The translations under genes and the position numbers were made by a program. DNA of 32,000 nucleotides, from contig NZ_CP030918.1 of NCBI RefSeq assembly GCF_003324675.1, positions 1,710,001-1,742,000 on the forward strand, read 5' to 3'. This document shows positions 15,662 to 25,470 of the stretch, piece after piece; positions within the stretch are counted from its first letter, which is position 1; each line of letters starts with the position of its first letter. The notes beneath the pieces were generated by a model that worked only from the letters and a program-made list of their open reading frames with translations, searched no databases and was not told the origin of the DNA. This DNA comes from Paracoccus suum. Lineage in GTDB: Bacteria; Pseudomonadota; Alphaproteobacteria; Rhodobacterales; Rhodobacteraceae.

Positions 15662-18367
15662 GTGTCTGACGACTCAATACGAGAGCAGAGCCGGCCATCG
15701 CCTGATGCATTGCTGGAAAGTGCGCAGCGGGAGACGCGGGGCCACCTCAAGATCTTTCTTGGGGCGGCGCCGGGTGTGGGCAAGACGTATGAGATGCTCA
15801 TGTCGGGCCGGGCTCAGCGGGCCGATGGCGTCGACGTGGTCATCGGGGTGGTCGAGACCCACGGGCGGGCCGAGACCGAGGCTCTGGTCGACGGGTTCGA
15901 GATCGTTCCGCGCCGCACTGTGCCGTATCGAGGGCATGTGCTCGATGAGATGAATATCGACGCAATTCTGGCGCGCAAGCCGGCGCTGGTCCTGGTGGAC
16001 GAGCTCGCCCATACCAACGCGCCGGGCAGTCGCCATCCGAAGCGCTATCTCGATGTCGAGGAACTGCTCGCCAACGGCATAGACGTCTACAGCACCCTTA
16101 ACATTCAGCACGTCGAAAGCCTCAACGACGTGGTAGCGCAGATCACACGGATCCGGGTGCGCGAGACCGTTCCGGATTCGATCATTGACCGCGCCGACGA
16201 TATCGAAATCATCGACATCACGCCGGGCGACCTGATCAAGCGCTTGAACGAGGGCAAGGTCTATCTGCCCAAAACAGCCAAGCGCGCGACGCAGAATTAT
16301 TTTTCGCCCAGCAACCTGACAGCCCTTCGTGAGTTGGCGCTGCGGCGCACAGCGCAGCGGGTCGATGACCAGTTGGTCACGCATATGCAGGCGCATGCCA
16401 TCGCCGGCCCCTGGTCGGCCGGCGAGCGCGTCCTGGTGTGCATCAACGAACGGCCCGGAGCGATGGCGCTTGTCCGCTACGGCCGCCGTCAGGCCGACCG
16501 GCTTCGTGCGCCATGGGCCGCGGTTCACGTCGAGACGAGCAAGGATGGCCGACTCTCAGAGCAGCAGAAGGACAAGATCGCCAGTGCATTGCGTCTTGCC
16601 GAGCAGCTCGGCGCCGAGGCTGTTACCCTGCCAGGCGAGAACGTTGCGCAAGAGATCCTGGCCTACGCATCGACCAACAACTATGCGCACGTCATCGTCG
16701 GCATGCCGACCTCGCCCAGGTGGCGGGAGATCTTCGCGGGCTCCGTTTCGCATGATCTGATCCGCGCCAAGACGGATGTGAGCGTGCATGTCATCTCGCC
16801 GGGCAACGGCGAGGAAACGCGATCTCCAGCGACAGTCAGCGCGCGGCCCAAACGACGAATCGACTTCGGCCACTATCTGTGGAGTTCGCTCTACGTCGCC
16901 ATGGCGCTAGGCATCGGAACGGCGCTCTCGCGCTTTCTGGACGTCCGCAACATCGCCCTCGTCTTTCTGATGGCCGTGCTGGCCTCGGCTATGGGCGGCG
17001 GCCTCTGGCCGGCGCTGTTCGCTTCCGTATTGGGCGCGCTAGTCTTCAACTTCTTTTTCCTCGAACCGCGCTACACGCTGGATATCGGCGATCCCGAGAG
17101 CGTCGTCGCCTTCGCGTTCTTTCTCGGCGTTGCGGTGATCGCCAGCAATCTTGCCGGGCGTGTTCAACGCCAGGCTGTGACAGCACGTCAGCGGGCCAAA
17201 ACGACCGAGGGCCTTTATCTGTTCAGCAAGAAGCTCGCCGGCGCCGGGACCTTGGGCGACGTTCTTTGGGCGACGGTCTATCAGATCGCCTCGATGCTTC
17301 AGGTCAGGGTCGTCGCTCTACTGCCGGAGAATGGCCGCATCGCGGTCCAGGCGGGTTTCCCGCCCGACGATACGCTCGATGACGCCGACATTGCGGCGGC
17401 CCAATGGGCCTGGGAGCATGACAAGCCTGCAGGGCGTGGAGCGGACACGCTGCCGGGTGCGAAGCGCCTCTACCTTCCCCTGAAAACCGGCAGGACACGG
17501 GTGGGCGTCATTGGTCTGGACAATGACAAGCAAGGGCCGGTTCTGACGCCCTTGGAACAGCGGCTGTTCGACTCACTGGCAGATCAGGCCGCTCTGGCGA
17601 TCGAGCGCATCCAGCTGGTCGCCGATGTCGACAATGCGCGTCTGGCCGTCGAGGCGGACAAGCTGCGCTCCGCGCTTTTGACGTCACTATCGCATGACCT
17701 CAAGACGCCTTTGGCGTCGATCCTCGGATCTGCGGGAGCGCTCAGAGACTATTCGACATCCCTGACCGATTCCGGTCGGGTCGAGTTGCTGACGACAATT
17801 GTCGAAGAGGCCGAGCGGCTGAACCGGTTCATCGCGAACCTTCTCGACATGACACGGCTGGAATCCGGCGCTGCGGCGGTGTCGCTGACGCCGCTGTTCA
17901 TCGGCGACAGCGTCGGCAGCGCCCTGCGCCGTGCCGAGAAGATATTGACTCTCCACAGGGTAGACCTTGCAGTGCCGCCCGATCTGCCGATGGTTCGGCT
18001 CGATCCGGTCCTGTTCGAACAGGTGCTGTTCAATCTGCTCGACAATGCCCGCAAATACGCACCGTCAGGGTCGCGGATCGCGCTTCGGGCGTGGGCGGAC
18101 GAGAGCCACGTCACATTGCAGGTCGTCGATGAAGGGCCCGGCATTCCGCCCGACGATCTCACCAGGATTTTCGACAGTTTCTATCGCGTCCGGAAGAAGG
18201 ACCACGTCCAGGCTGGAACCGGGCTTGGACTTTCCATCTGCAAGGGATTTGTCGAGGCGATGGGCGGAACGATTTTCGCGACCAACCGGGCCGACAGACC
18301 CGGCGCCATTTTCACGCTGCGGTTTCCGATCGGACCGGAGCCCTCGACTTTGGAAGGAAGGATATGA
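15662..18367 (+). CDS. kdpD: Sensor histidine kinase KdpD
   Basis: GTG start with GGAG 8 nt upstream. N-terminal KdpD domain with Walker A (GAAPGVGKTY), a USP-like region, 4 TM segments, a GAF-like segment, H-box LSHDLKTPL, and N/G boxes (LLDNARKY, DEGPGI, GTGLGLSICKG). Confidence 0.95.
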   Translation: MSDDSIREQSRPSPDALLESAQRETRGHLKIFLGAAPGVGKTYEMLMSGRAQRADGVDVVIGVVETHGRAETEALVDGFEIVPRRTVPYRGHVLDEMNIDAILARKPALVLVDELAHTNAPGSRHPKRYLDVEELLANGIDVYSTLNIQHVESLNDVVAQITRIRVRETVPDSIIDRADDIEIIDITPGDLIKRLNEGKVYLPKTAKRATQNYFSPSNLTALRELALRRTAQRVDDQLVTHMQAHAIAGPWSAGERVLVCINERPGAMALVRYGRRQADRLRAPWAAVHVETSKDGRLSEQQKDKIASALRLAEQLGAEAVTLPGENVAQEILAYASTNNYAHVIVGMPTSPRWREIFAGSVSHDLIRAKTDVSVHVISPGNGEETRSPATVSARPKRRIDFGHYLWSSLYVAMALGIGTALSRFLDVRNIALVFLMAVLASAMGGGLWPALFASVLGALVFNFFFLEPRYTLDIGDPESVVAFAFFLGVAVIASNLAGRVQRQAVTARQRAKTTEGLYLFSKKLAGAGTLGDVLWATVYQIASMLQVRVVALLPENGRIAVQAGFPPDDTLDDADIAAAQWAWEHDKPAGRGADTLPGAKRLYLPLKTGRTRVGVIGLDNDKQGPVLTPLEQRLFDSLADQAALAIERIQLVADVDNARLAVEADKLRSALLTSLSHDLKTPLASILGSAGALRDYSTSLTDSGRVELLTTIVEEAERLNRFIANLLDMTRLESGAAAVSLTPLFIGDSVGSALRRAEKILTLHRVDLAVPPDLPMVRLDPVLFEQVLFNLLDNARKYAPSGSRIALRAWADESHVTLQVVDEGPGIPPDDLTRIFDSFYRVRKKDHVQAGTGLGLSICKGFVEAMGGTIFATNRADRPGAIFTLRFPIGPEPSTLEGRI

Positions 18368-19059
18368 GTACGTCCGTAGTCAAGATTCTCGTCGTCGATG
18401 ACGAACCGCCGATCAGGAAGCTCCTGCGTGTCGGGCTGACAGCAGAGGGCTATGCCATGGTCGAGGCTGCAAACGGCGAGGAGGCCGTCGCGCTCCTCAC
18501 AGAGGAGAAGCCCGATCTCATTCTGCTCGATCTTGGGCTGCCCGATATCTCCGGCCATGAGCTGCTCGAAAGGTGGCGGGCCGAGCTTGTCGAGCTGCCG
18601 ATCGTGATCCTCTCCAGCCGGACCGATGAAACGGGCATCGTCAAGGCGCTGGAACTGGGCGCCGACGATTATCTGACCAAACCATTCGGGATGCGCGAGC
18701 TAGCGGCGCGCATTCGGGTGGCGCTCAGGCACAAGCTCCAGCAGCAGGGCGAACGCCCGATATTCCAGGTCGGCGATCTCTCGGTCGACCTGGTGAAGCG
18801 GATCGTCAAGGTCGCAGACAAGGAGGTGAAGCTCTCACCCAAGGAATATGAAATCCTGCGCGTTCTCGTGCAGCACGCGGGCAAGGTCATTACGCACCAG
18901 CACATCCTCCAGCATGTGTGGGGCGGCGCGACCGATGTCCAATATCTGCGGGTCTATGTCCGCCAGTTGCGGCAGAAGATCGAGGCCACGCCCGATCAAC
19001 CGCAATATATCCTGACTGAAACAGGTGTCGGTTACCGCCTCCGTGAGCCGGAGCAGTGA
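18364..19059 (+). CDS. kdpE: OmpR-family response regulator KdpE
   Basis: ATGA overlap with kdpD. Receiver domain (ILVVDDE, DLILLDLGLPD, KP) plus a winged-helix domain (LSPKEYEILRVL, YLRVYVRQLRQKIE, GVGYRL). Confidence 0.95.
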   Translation: MSTSVVKILVVDDEPPIRKLLRVGLTAEGYAMVEAANGEEAVALLTEEKPDLILLDLGLPDISGHELLERWRAELVELPIVILSSRTDETGIVKALELGADDYLTKPFGMRELAARIRVALRHKLQQQGERPIFQVGDLSVDLVKRIVKVADKEVKLSPKEYEILRVLVQHAGKVITHQHILQHVWGGATDVQYLRVYVRQLRQKIEATPDQPQYILTETGVGYRLREPEQ

Positions 19060-19105
19060 CCGCGCGCGCTCGTCCACGGGCGGGCGACTTAACGTGAGTA
19101 CTCTT

Positions 19106-19558
19106 ATGAACCTGTCATCTGCAATTGCACCAGAGGACGTGATCCTTGATCTATCCATCTCGACAAAAGCCGTCCTGATCAAGAAGCTGGCCGCGCATGC
19201 GGCCGCCCGCACGGGGCTGACCGAGGAAGCGATCCACACAGCTTTGCTGGGCCGCGAACGTCTGGGTTCGACCGGCATCGGTCATGGCGTCGCCATGCCT
19301 CATGCACCGGTCCCCGGGCTGCAGACATCCTTTGCGGCGCTGATGGTGCTGAAGAAGCCAATCGATTTCGAGTCGGTGGACGACCTTCCCGTCGATGTTG
19401 TCTTTCTGCTGCTGTCGTCCCCCGAAGGCAGCAACGAATACCTGAAGATTCTCGCGGCGGTCGCCCGTCGGACGCGCGATGAGCAGGTCATGAAAATGCT
19501 GCGCGGCGCTAAGACCGCGCCTGCCGCGTATTCGGTCCTGGTAGAACAGCCGGTATGA
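19106..19558 (+). CDS. ptsN: PTS EIIA-Ntr-like protein (PtsN paralog)
   Basis: EIIA (fructose/nitrogen-type) domain. RERLGSTGIGHGVAMPHA contains the phosphorylatable His; DVVFLLLSP-like DVVFLLLSSPEG and YLKILAAVAR also present. Same strand, 46 nt after kdpE. GTG 19094 is an alternative start. Confidence 0.85.
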   Translation: MNLSSAIAPEDVILDLSISTKAVLIKKLAAHAAARTGLTEEAIHTALLGRERLGSTGIGHGVAMPHAPVPGLQTSFAALMVLKKPIDFESVDDLPVDVVFLLLSSPEGSNEYLKILAAVARRTRDEQVMKMLRGAKTAPAAYSVLVEQPV

Positions 19559-19727
19559 GGAGGTTCCGACGGCCGGATCGACAAGAGGTCGTCGAGGTCA
19601 CCGGCGTCGCCCGAACGGCGGTGCCGGGGCTGACCGTGGTCGTCTTTTCCAAATGGGATTGTTGCCCAAGGCCGTTGGTCCTGAGGCATTTATCGCTTCC
19701 TCCGCCGATTGATTGAAGGGCGACCGG

Positions 19728-20705
19728 ATGGAGGAGGAAAACCAGGACTCAGAGGGGCCTTCTTTTCCTCCCGTGTCCACGAAGATCCCGTTTGACCTGA
19801 GTTCGCTTCAGTATGTCGTGGCGGCGGCGGACTATCGCAGCTTTCGGCGCGCTGCGGAGGCGTTGGGGCAATATCCGGCGACGGTGAGCCGGGGCGTGCA
19901 ACGCATTGAGGATGTGGTGGGCGTTTCTTTCTTCGAGCGATGCCCCTCCGGGATTCGCCTGACGCATGCCGGAGAGCAATTTGTCGCCGCCGTCCGTCCA
20001 GCGATTGAGCAGATCATGCGAGCGACCCAAACCGCCGGCGCGGCGGGCCGCGGCGAAAACGGAAGCCTTAGCATCGGCGTTCTGACGTCGCTTGCGGGCG
20101 GGTTTCTGAGGGAGCTCATCGAACAATATGCCTTGTTGCACCCGGAGGTATCCATCGAGATCAGGGATGGAGGAAGGGCCGAACACATAGCCGCACTGCG
20201 GTCCCGGCAACTGGATATCGCTTTCTTTACCGGGAATGGCGCGATCGCCGATTGTGAAACCGCCGAGCTCTGGCAAGAGCGGGTGCATGTTGCCTTCTCG
20301 GCGGATCATCATCTAGCCGAGCGTGAATCGATTGAATGGTCGTGGCTCCGCGACCAGAAATTCCTGGCGACGAAATGCGCGCCCGGACTTGAGGTCCACG
20401 ATTACATCGTTCGTCGGTTGGCGGATTACAGCAACTATCCCGCCATCAAAATCATGCCATGCAACCAGGAGACCTTGATGAACATGGTCGCTATCGGCAG
20501 AGGCATAACTGTGGTGTCGGCCGGCTGGAGCTTTGTTTCCGTCCCCCGGCTCGTACTGCGACCTCTGGTCGAGGACGAAGACATAGTCCCGTTCAGCGCA
20601 GTCTGGGCGCCTGGCCGGGATAACCCGTCACTTCGACGTTTTCTTTCGCTAGCCTCGAAACTAGCGTCCAAAGACTCTGGAGAGCGCCTGAGGCGGCTTA
20701 TCTGA
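19728..20705 (+). CDS. LysR-family transcriptional regulator
   Basis: HTH LQYVVAAADYRSFRRAAEALGQYPATVSRGVQRIEDVVGVSFFER followed by a substrate-binding domain. Start uncertain (TTG 19713 or ATG 19728). Confidence 0.85.
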   Translation: MEEENQDSEGPSFPPVSTKIPFDLSSLQYVVAAADYRSFRRAAEALGQYPATVSRGVQRIEDVVGVSFFERCPSGIRLTHAGEQFVAAVRPAIEQIMRATQTAGAAGRGENGSLSIGVLTSLAGGFLRELIEQYALLHPEVSIEIRDGGRAEHIAALRSRQLDIAFFTGNGAIADCETAELWQERVHVAFSADHHLAERESIEWSWLRDQKFLATKCAPGLEVHDYIVRRLADYSNYPAIKIMPCNQETLMNMVAIGRGITVVSAGWSFVSVPRLVLRPLVEDEDIVPFSAVWAPGRDNPSLRRFLSLASKLASKDSGERLRRLI

Positions 20706-20733
20706 TCTTGCCGGATCGGGGTCCGGGTCGCGA

Positions 20734-20955
20734 TCACTCGCGATGTCGGCGCGCTTTGGCGAACCCCCGGTCCGTCGCCATAAACCGCTCAAGCATCGGA
20801 ACAATGAGCTTTTTGGGGTCGATGACGGGTTGGCCGGATTCACGGCCAAGCGCGTCCGCATAGGCACTGAGGTCGCGGTGAAGAGCGCCGGGGAGATCCA
20901 GGGTTATCTTCACTGGCTTGTCCTCGGCGATCGGGCCGAGCTTCAGTTTGGTCAT
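20734..20955 (-). CDS. DUF2274-type protein (conserved tail gene of trb operons in ICEs)
   Basis: 73 aa, MTKLKLGPIAEDKPVKITLDLPGALHRDLSAYADALGRE... ATGA overlap with trbI. Position and sequence pattern are typical of the gene following trbI in Tn4371-like ICEs (from memory). Confidence 0.7.
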   Translation of the reverse strand: MTKLKLGPIAEDKPVKITLDLPGALHRDLSAYADALGRESGQPVIDPKKLIVPMLERFMATDRGFAKARRHRE

Positions 20956-22148
20956 TGCGCTGCTCCATAGGGTTCGAGCACCAGGTCGCGGGTGACGATC
21001 ACGCGGACCGGGAATCCCGGCCGGATTGTCAGGGTGGGCGCGACCTGCAACTGGCGGCGGATGATCTGCTGGCCAGCGTCATTGATGGTGTCCTGGGCGC
21101 CGTCGCGAATGGCGCGGATCAGACGGTCCTCATCGTCGACGGCGATCTCGGCGCCCACGGCGAGAAGGGTCGACAACCCGGCGGCTTTCGCAAGGTCCCA
21201 CCAATGGTAGTCGACGCCGTCCTCAAGGCCGGCATAACCTTGCGTGTCGGCGCCGGGCTGGCGTTCCAGGACGATAGAGCGCCCGTTCGGCAAGATCAGC
21301 CGGTTCCAGACCAAGAGCACGCGGCGCTGTCCGAAACCGACATCGTTGCTGTATTCGCCGATGATACGGGTGCCCTGGGGGACGAGCAGGATGCGGCCGG
21401 TGGGACTGTCATAGATGTGCTCGGTCACCTGCGCGGTGATCTGGCCGGGAAGGTCGGAGCGGATGCCGGTTATGAGGGCGGCGGATATCACCGCGCCGGC
21501 CTGAAGCACATAGGGCGATGCCGGGGCCATGACGCGATCTGGCGAGACCGTGCGCCGATCGACAGCAGCGTTCAGGAAAGCGCTCTGCCGCTCCTGGGCT
21601 GTTGGTGTTCCCATCTGACCCGGCAGGCCGAGGCCCGCCAGCGACGGACTGCTCATGGCTGGGGTTGCAGGCGGTGCGCCTGTTCCAGGTCCTGTTTGGA
21701 AGAACACCCGGCTCGTTCGGGCTGCTTCCTCCTCGGCGAGACGGCGTTGCTCCTCGGGATCGACCTGGGGTGTCGCCATTGCTGGCGGCACGACGGGCTG
21801 GCCGCGGTTCTGGGCGTCGAGGATCGGACCGCCGAGATCGCCTGGCAAAGGTGGGCCGAGGACCGGTCCGGTATAGTCGCGCGGCAGTCCCGCAAGACCA
21901 TCGGCAGTGGTTCTGTTCTCCGTGGAATAGAGCTCCTCGTTGCCCGGCCCGCCTTGGCGCGTCTGCAACGCATAAATCAGCGCGCTGCCGATGCCGATGC
22001 TGGCGATGAGGCCGACACCAGCCAATACCTTGCGGGACAGCCGGGTGACGCGCGGAGGCTCAGCGCGCAGCCGCATGGTCGAGGTTGACGCGACAGTGGG
22101 ACCGGCGGGCGCCAGGCCGTCATCGCGGTTATCTTCCTTGTTGCTCAT
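20952..22148 (-). CDS. trbI: Conjugal transfer protein TrbI (VirB10 family)
   Basis: N-terminal TM, a Pro-rich linker, and a conserved C-terminal domain (AGAVISAALITGIRSDLPGQITAQV..., VLLVWNRLILPNGRSI). Confidence 0.9.
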   Translation of the reverse strand: MSNKEDNRDDGLAPAGPTVASTSTMRLRAEPPRVTRLSRKVLAGVGLIASIGIGSALIYALQTRQGGPGNEELYSTENRTTADGLAGLPRDYTGPVLGPPLPGDLGGPILDAQNRGQPVVPPAMATPQVDPEEQRRLAEEEAARTSRVFFQTGPGTGAPPATPAMSSPSLAGLGLPGQMGTPTAQERQSAFLNAAVDRRTVSPDRVMAPASPYVLQAGAVISAALITGIRSDLPGQITAQVTEHIYDSPTGRILLVPQGTRIIGEYSNDVGFGQRRVLLVWNRLILPNGRSIVLERQPGADTQGYAGLEDGVDYHWWDLAKAAGLSTLLAVGAEIAVDDEDRLIRAIRDGAQDTINDAGQQIIRRQLQVAPTLTIRPGFPVRVIVTRDLVLEPYGAAQ

Positions 22149-23128
22149 GACGCTGGCCTCCCGTCGGTGCGGACAATCCTGACGGTTTGCTGGCGGTCGC
22201 CGCTGCCGAGTCTCAGCTCGGCCGCGCCGAAGAGGCGATCGACGATCAGGATGTGCTGGAAAATGCGGCTGTTGACGATTTGCGCTTCGCCATCGGAGCC
22301 AATGACGAACAGCGGCGGCATCTCGCCTTGGACGATGCCGCGCGGGAACTCGACATAGACCCGCCGCCCGTCATCATAGACCGACACGGGCCGCCAGGGC
22401 GGTGAATCACCGGTCAAGCCGTAGCGATAGTTGCGCGCCGAGGCGACGGGGATGACGGGGGTCGCCGGGACGCTCTGCCTCTGACCTGCGGACGGCTGCG
22501 GGTAGGCCCAAGCGACGGCGGGCATATAGGGCGCTTCCCCGGAGCGCAGTTCGATCATGTAAACCCGCCGATCGGTCGTGATGACGAGGTTGGTCGTGAT
22601 GTCAGCGCGACTTGGTTTGACGAGGATATGGACGCGACGGGTCGCGCCGCTGCCGCTTTCGGTATCGCCGATGATCCATCGTGCCGTGTCGCCAGCGGCG
22701 ATGGGGCCGGCTCCGGTCAGGCTCTCCCCTGGCTCCAGCGCGATATTGGTGATTTGGCCGGGCGCGGCATAGACCTGATAGAGCGCGCCTTCGCTCCAGG
22801 GATAGATCTGGATCGAGTTGAAATAGCCTTCGCGGCGAGGCTGAACGCGGGCGGCCGAGTTGGCGTTCTGGACGCGCCCCTCCGGGGTGTTGGCGGCTGT
22901 CCCCCCTCTTGCCGGCGTCCATGCCGGAGGGACATGCAATGGCCTCGGCGGCGCGTCCGTGACGACTGCCGGCACGGCGGGCAGCGGCGGCACGTCCGAA
23001 TCGTAACTGATTTGCGGCGGCCGATTGGTCGCGCAACCGGCAAGCACGGTCGCGGAAAGCAGAACGATCGCGAGGCCAGATCTGGAAAAACCCTGAAACG
23101 CGGATTTGCTCATCGGAGGGCGGCTCAT
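22145..23128 (-). CDS. trbG: Conjugal transfer protein TrbG (VirB9 family), lipoprotein
   Basis: Lipobox LLSATVLAGC. The C-terminal RRVYVEFP and LPPLFV-like motifs are typical of TrbG/VirB9. Confidence 0.9.
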   Translation of the reverse strand: MSRPPMSKSAFQGFSRSGLAIVLLSATVLAGCATNRPPQISYDSDVPPLPAVPAVVTDAPPRPLHVPPAWTPARGGTAANTPEGRVQNANSAARVQPRREGYFNSIQIYPWSEGALYQVYAAPGQITNIALEPGESLTGAGPIAAGDTARWIIGDTESGSGATRRVHILVKPSRADITTNLVITTDRRVYMIELRSGEAPYMPAVAWAYPQPSAGQRQSVPATPVIPVASARNYRYGLTGDSPPWRPVSVYDDGRRVYVEFPRGIVQGEMPPLFVIGSDGEAQIVNSRIFQHILIVDRLFGAAELRLGSGDRQQTVRIVRTDGRPAS

Positions 23129-23814
23129 TGGCTCATCTCCCGCGACCAGTTGATGGCATTGACATAGATGCCCAGAGGATTGGCGCGGAGGCGTTCTGCG
23201 TCGCGCGGCGTCTGGATGACGATGGTCAGGATGGCGGTCCAGCGTTCCGTTCGGGCGAGCTGGCCGTTTTCATAGTGACGCTCTGTCCAGGCGACACGGA
23301 AGCTATCGGGGGAAGCCCGGATCACACTTGAGACTTCTACGGCGACTTGCTGGCGGCCGACCCGTGTGAAGGGGTCGTTGGAGCGGGCGTAGTCGTTCAG
23401 CGCTGCGGCGCCGCGATCAGTGGTCCATTCATAAGCGCGAAGCCAGTTCTGGCGCACGATGATGGCGTCAGACGGAATCGCGCGGGTCTGTTCGATGAAG
23501 CGAGCAAGGTGGAAAGCGATCTGAGGGTCGTTGGGCCGATAGTCCGCGGAGGCTGGCGCGACGGTTTGCGCCTGGCCGAGATTATCGACCTGCACGACCC
23601 AAGGCACGACGGTCCCGCGAGCTGACTGCCAGACCAGGGCTGCGGCAAACCCCGCTGTGAGAATCAGGCTGCCGAACGCCATGTAGCGCCAGTTCTTCGC
23701 CTGCACGCGGGCCGAGCCGATGCGTTCGTCCCAGACCTGAGCAGCCTTCTGATAGGGCGTTTCAGGCTCGGGTGTCTTGCCATAGTGGGTTGCGGGTCGT
23801 TTGAAGAGGCTCAT
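23125..23814 (-). CDS. trbF: Conjugal transfer protein TrbF (VirB8 family)
   Basis: YQKAAQVWDERIGSARVQAKNWR, a single TM, and a VirB8-like C-terminal domain. ATGA overlaps link it to neighbouring genes. Confidence 0.9.
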   Translation of the reverse strand: MSLFKRPATHYGKTPEPETPYQKAAQVWDERIGSARVQAKNWRYMAFGSLILTAGFAAALVWQSARGTVVPWVVQVDNLGQAQTVAPASADYRPNDPQIAFHLARFIEQTRAIPSDAIIVRQNWLRAYEWTTDRGAAALNDYARSNDPFTRVGRQQVAVEVSSVIRASPDSFRVAWTERHYENGQLARTERWTAILTIVIQTPRDAERLRANPLGIYVNAINWSREMSQ

Positions 23815-25169
23815 GAGCGATCACTTTCAGAAAGGTTGACGGAAGAGCCGCCGCCATGGCTGTCGCCGGAGCGCACGGCGTGACCGGCCGCTGAGACGCC
23901 GTGGCTGAGGGCCTGGCTGCGTTTCATGCGCTTCGCCCAGTCAGGGGCTCCATCTCGCGGGGGGCTGGCGGAAGCGGCGGCAGCGTCGGCGCCGCCGATG
24001 GTCCCCATGGTCGAGGACCCGCCGGTGGCTCCGAAACCGGCCTTCGCGCCGTCGGCGAAGCTGGACTTGACGCTTTCGCCAGCTTTCGTTGCGGCGCGCT
24101 TGAGCGGCGATGCGGCAGCCGAACCTGCTGCGCGTGCGACGCCTCCGAGGCCCGAGGCCACGCCCGACGCGCCAGTCTGACCAAGAGAACCGAGACTGTA
24201 GGCCGAAGATGCGGCGCCGGCAGCGGCAGCGCCACCACGCACGGCGGCGGCTCCACCGGATATGGCGGCGGCGCCGCCTTTGACGGCCAGACCCGCTGCA
24301 CCACCTGCGGCCAGCGCCGCGCCGCCGACGGCAAGGCCCGTGCCCACAGCGGCGCCGGCGCCGAGCTGCGGACCGCCTGAGACGAGGCCGCTGGCGATGC
24401 CAGGACCGAAGATTCCCAGGCCGAGCAGCGAAAGCGCAGCGAGGACCACTGCCATGGCCTCGTCAATCGTAGGGGTCTCGCCGCCGAAGCCAGCGGTAAA
24501 CTGGGAGAAGAGGGTCGATCCGATGCCGATGATGACGGCAAGCACCAGAACCTTGATGCCGGATGACACGACATTGCCCAGCACGCGTTCGGCCATGAAG
24601 GCGGTCTTGCCGAACAGCCCGAAGGGTATCAGCACAAAGCCCGCAAGCGTCGTCAGCTTGAACTCGATCAGCGTTACGAAGAGCTGCACGGCCAGGATGA
24701 AGAAGGCGAGAAGCACCAGAGCCCATGCGAACAGCAGGCAGGCGATCTGGATGAAGTTCTCGAAGAAGGCGATCCACCCCATCAGATCGGAAATGGATTC
24801 GAGCAATGGACGGGCGGCATCGAGGCCGGTCTGCGCCACCTTGCCGGGGCGCAAAAGATCCTGAACGGTGAAGCTGGTGCCCGAACCCTTCAGACCGAGG
24901 CCGGCGAAACTGTCGAAGACGATGTTCGCCAGATTGTTCCAGTTGCCGATGATGTAGGCGAAGACGCCGACGAAAAGTGTCTTCTTTACAAGGCGCGCGA
25001 TGATGTCGTCGTCGGCTCCCCAGGACCAGAAGAGCGCGGCCAGCGTCACGTCGATGACGATGAGGGTTGTGGCGATGAAGGCGACCTCGCCGCCTAGCAG
25101 GCCGAAGCCGGAATCGATGTAGCGGGTGAAGGTGCCCAGGAATGTGTCGATGACGCCGGTGCCGCCCAT
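23811..25169 (-). CDS. trbL: Conjugal transfer protein TrbL (VirB6 family)
   Basis: GVIDTFLGTFTRYIDSGFGLLGGEV, multiple TM segments, and a long Gly/Ala-rich C-terminal tail. Confidence 0.9.
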   Translation of the reverse strand: MGGTGVIDTFLGTFTRYIDSGFGLLGGEVAFIATTLIVIDVTLAALFWSWGADDDIIARLVKKTLFVGVFAYIIGNWNNLANIVFDSFAGLGLKGSGTSFTVQDLLRPGKVAQTGLDAARPLLESISDLMGWIAFFENFIQIACLLFAWALVLLAFFILAVQLFVTLIEFKLTTLAGFVLIPFGLFGKTAFMAERVLGNVVSSGIKVLVLAVIIGIGSTLFSQFTAGFGGETPTIDEAMAVVLAALSLLGLGIFGPGIASGLVSGGPQLGAGAAVGTGLAVGGAALAAGGAAGLAVKGGAAAISGGAAAVRGGAAAAGAASSAYSLGSLGQTGASGVASGLGGVARAAGSAAASPLKRAATKAGESVKSSFADGAKAGFGATGGSSTMGTIGGADAAAASASPPRDGAPDWAKRMKRSQALSHGVSAAGHAVRSGDSHGGGSSVNLSESDRS

Positions 25170-25172
25170 GGA

Positions 25173-25460
25173 TCACTGTCCTTGATTCTGAGATGGGGCT
25201 GTGGGCGCCGGCGCACGGCCGAGGAAGCGGTCGCGGGTTTCGGCCCAGACGCGCATGCAGTCCGCATCGCTTGCGGCGCTCTGACCAAGCTGCTGGCACC
25301 AGCGTTGAGCCTCGCGCAGGGAATCTCGCACGGGCTCTGCGAGACGCGCGGGCTCCTCTGCGGGAGCTCCCTCCTTCCGGGTCATCTCGATCGCCGTCGC
25401 AGTGATCGCGATGGCGACGAAGACGACCGCGCCCAGCCGGGCCAGCAGCTTGCCATCCAT
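25173..25460 (-). CDS. trbK: Putative entry-exclusion protein TrbK-alt
   Basis: 95 aa with an N-terminal TM and two Cys (WCQQLGQSAASDADC), located between trbJ and trbL as in ICE-type trb operons. Confidence 0.5.
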   Translation of the reverse strand: MDGKLLARLGAVVFVAIAITATAIEMTRKEGAPAEEPARLAEPVRDSLREAQRWCQQLGQSAASDADCMRVWAETRDRFLGRAPAPTAPSQNQGQ

Positions 25461-25470
25461 GCTTGCGCCC

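Noticed and set aside
23880-24420. Repetitive GC-rich stretch that looks like a tandem repeat (GGCGGC/GCCGCC periodicity).
   Set aside because: It encodes the Gly/Ala-rich C-terminal tail of TrbL in frame. This is low-complexity coding sequence and not a DNA repeat array or CRISPR.
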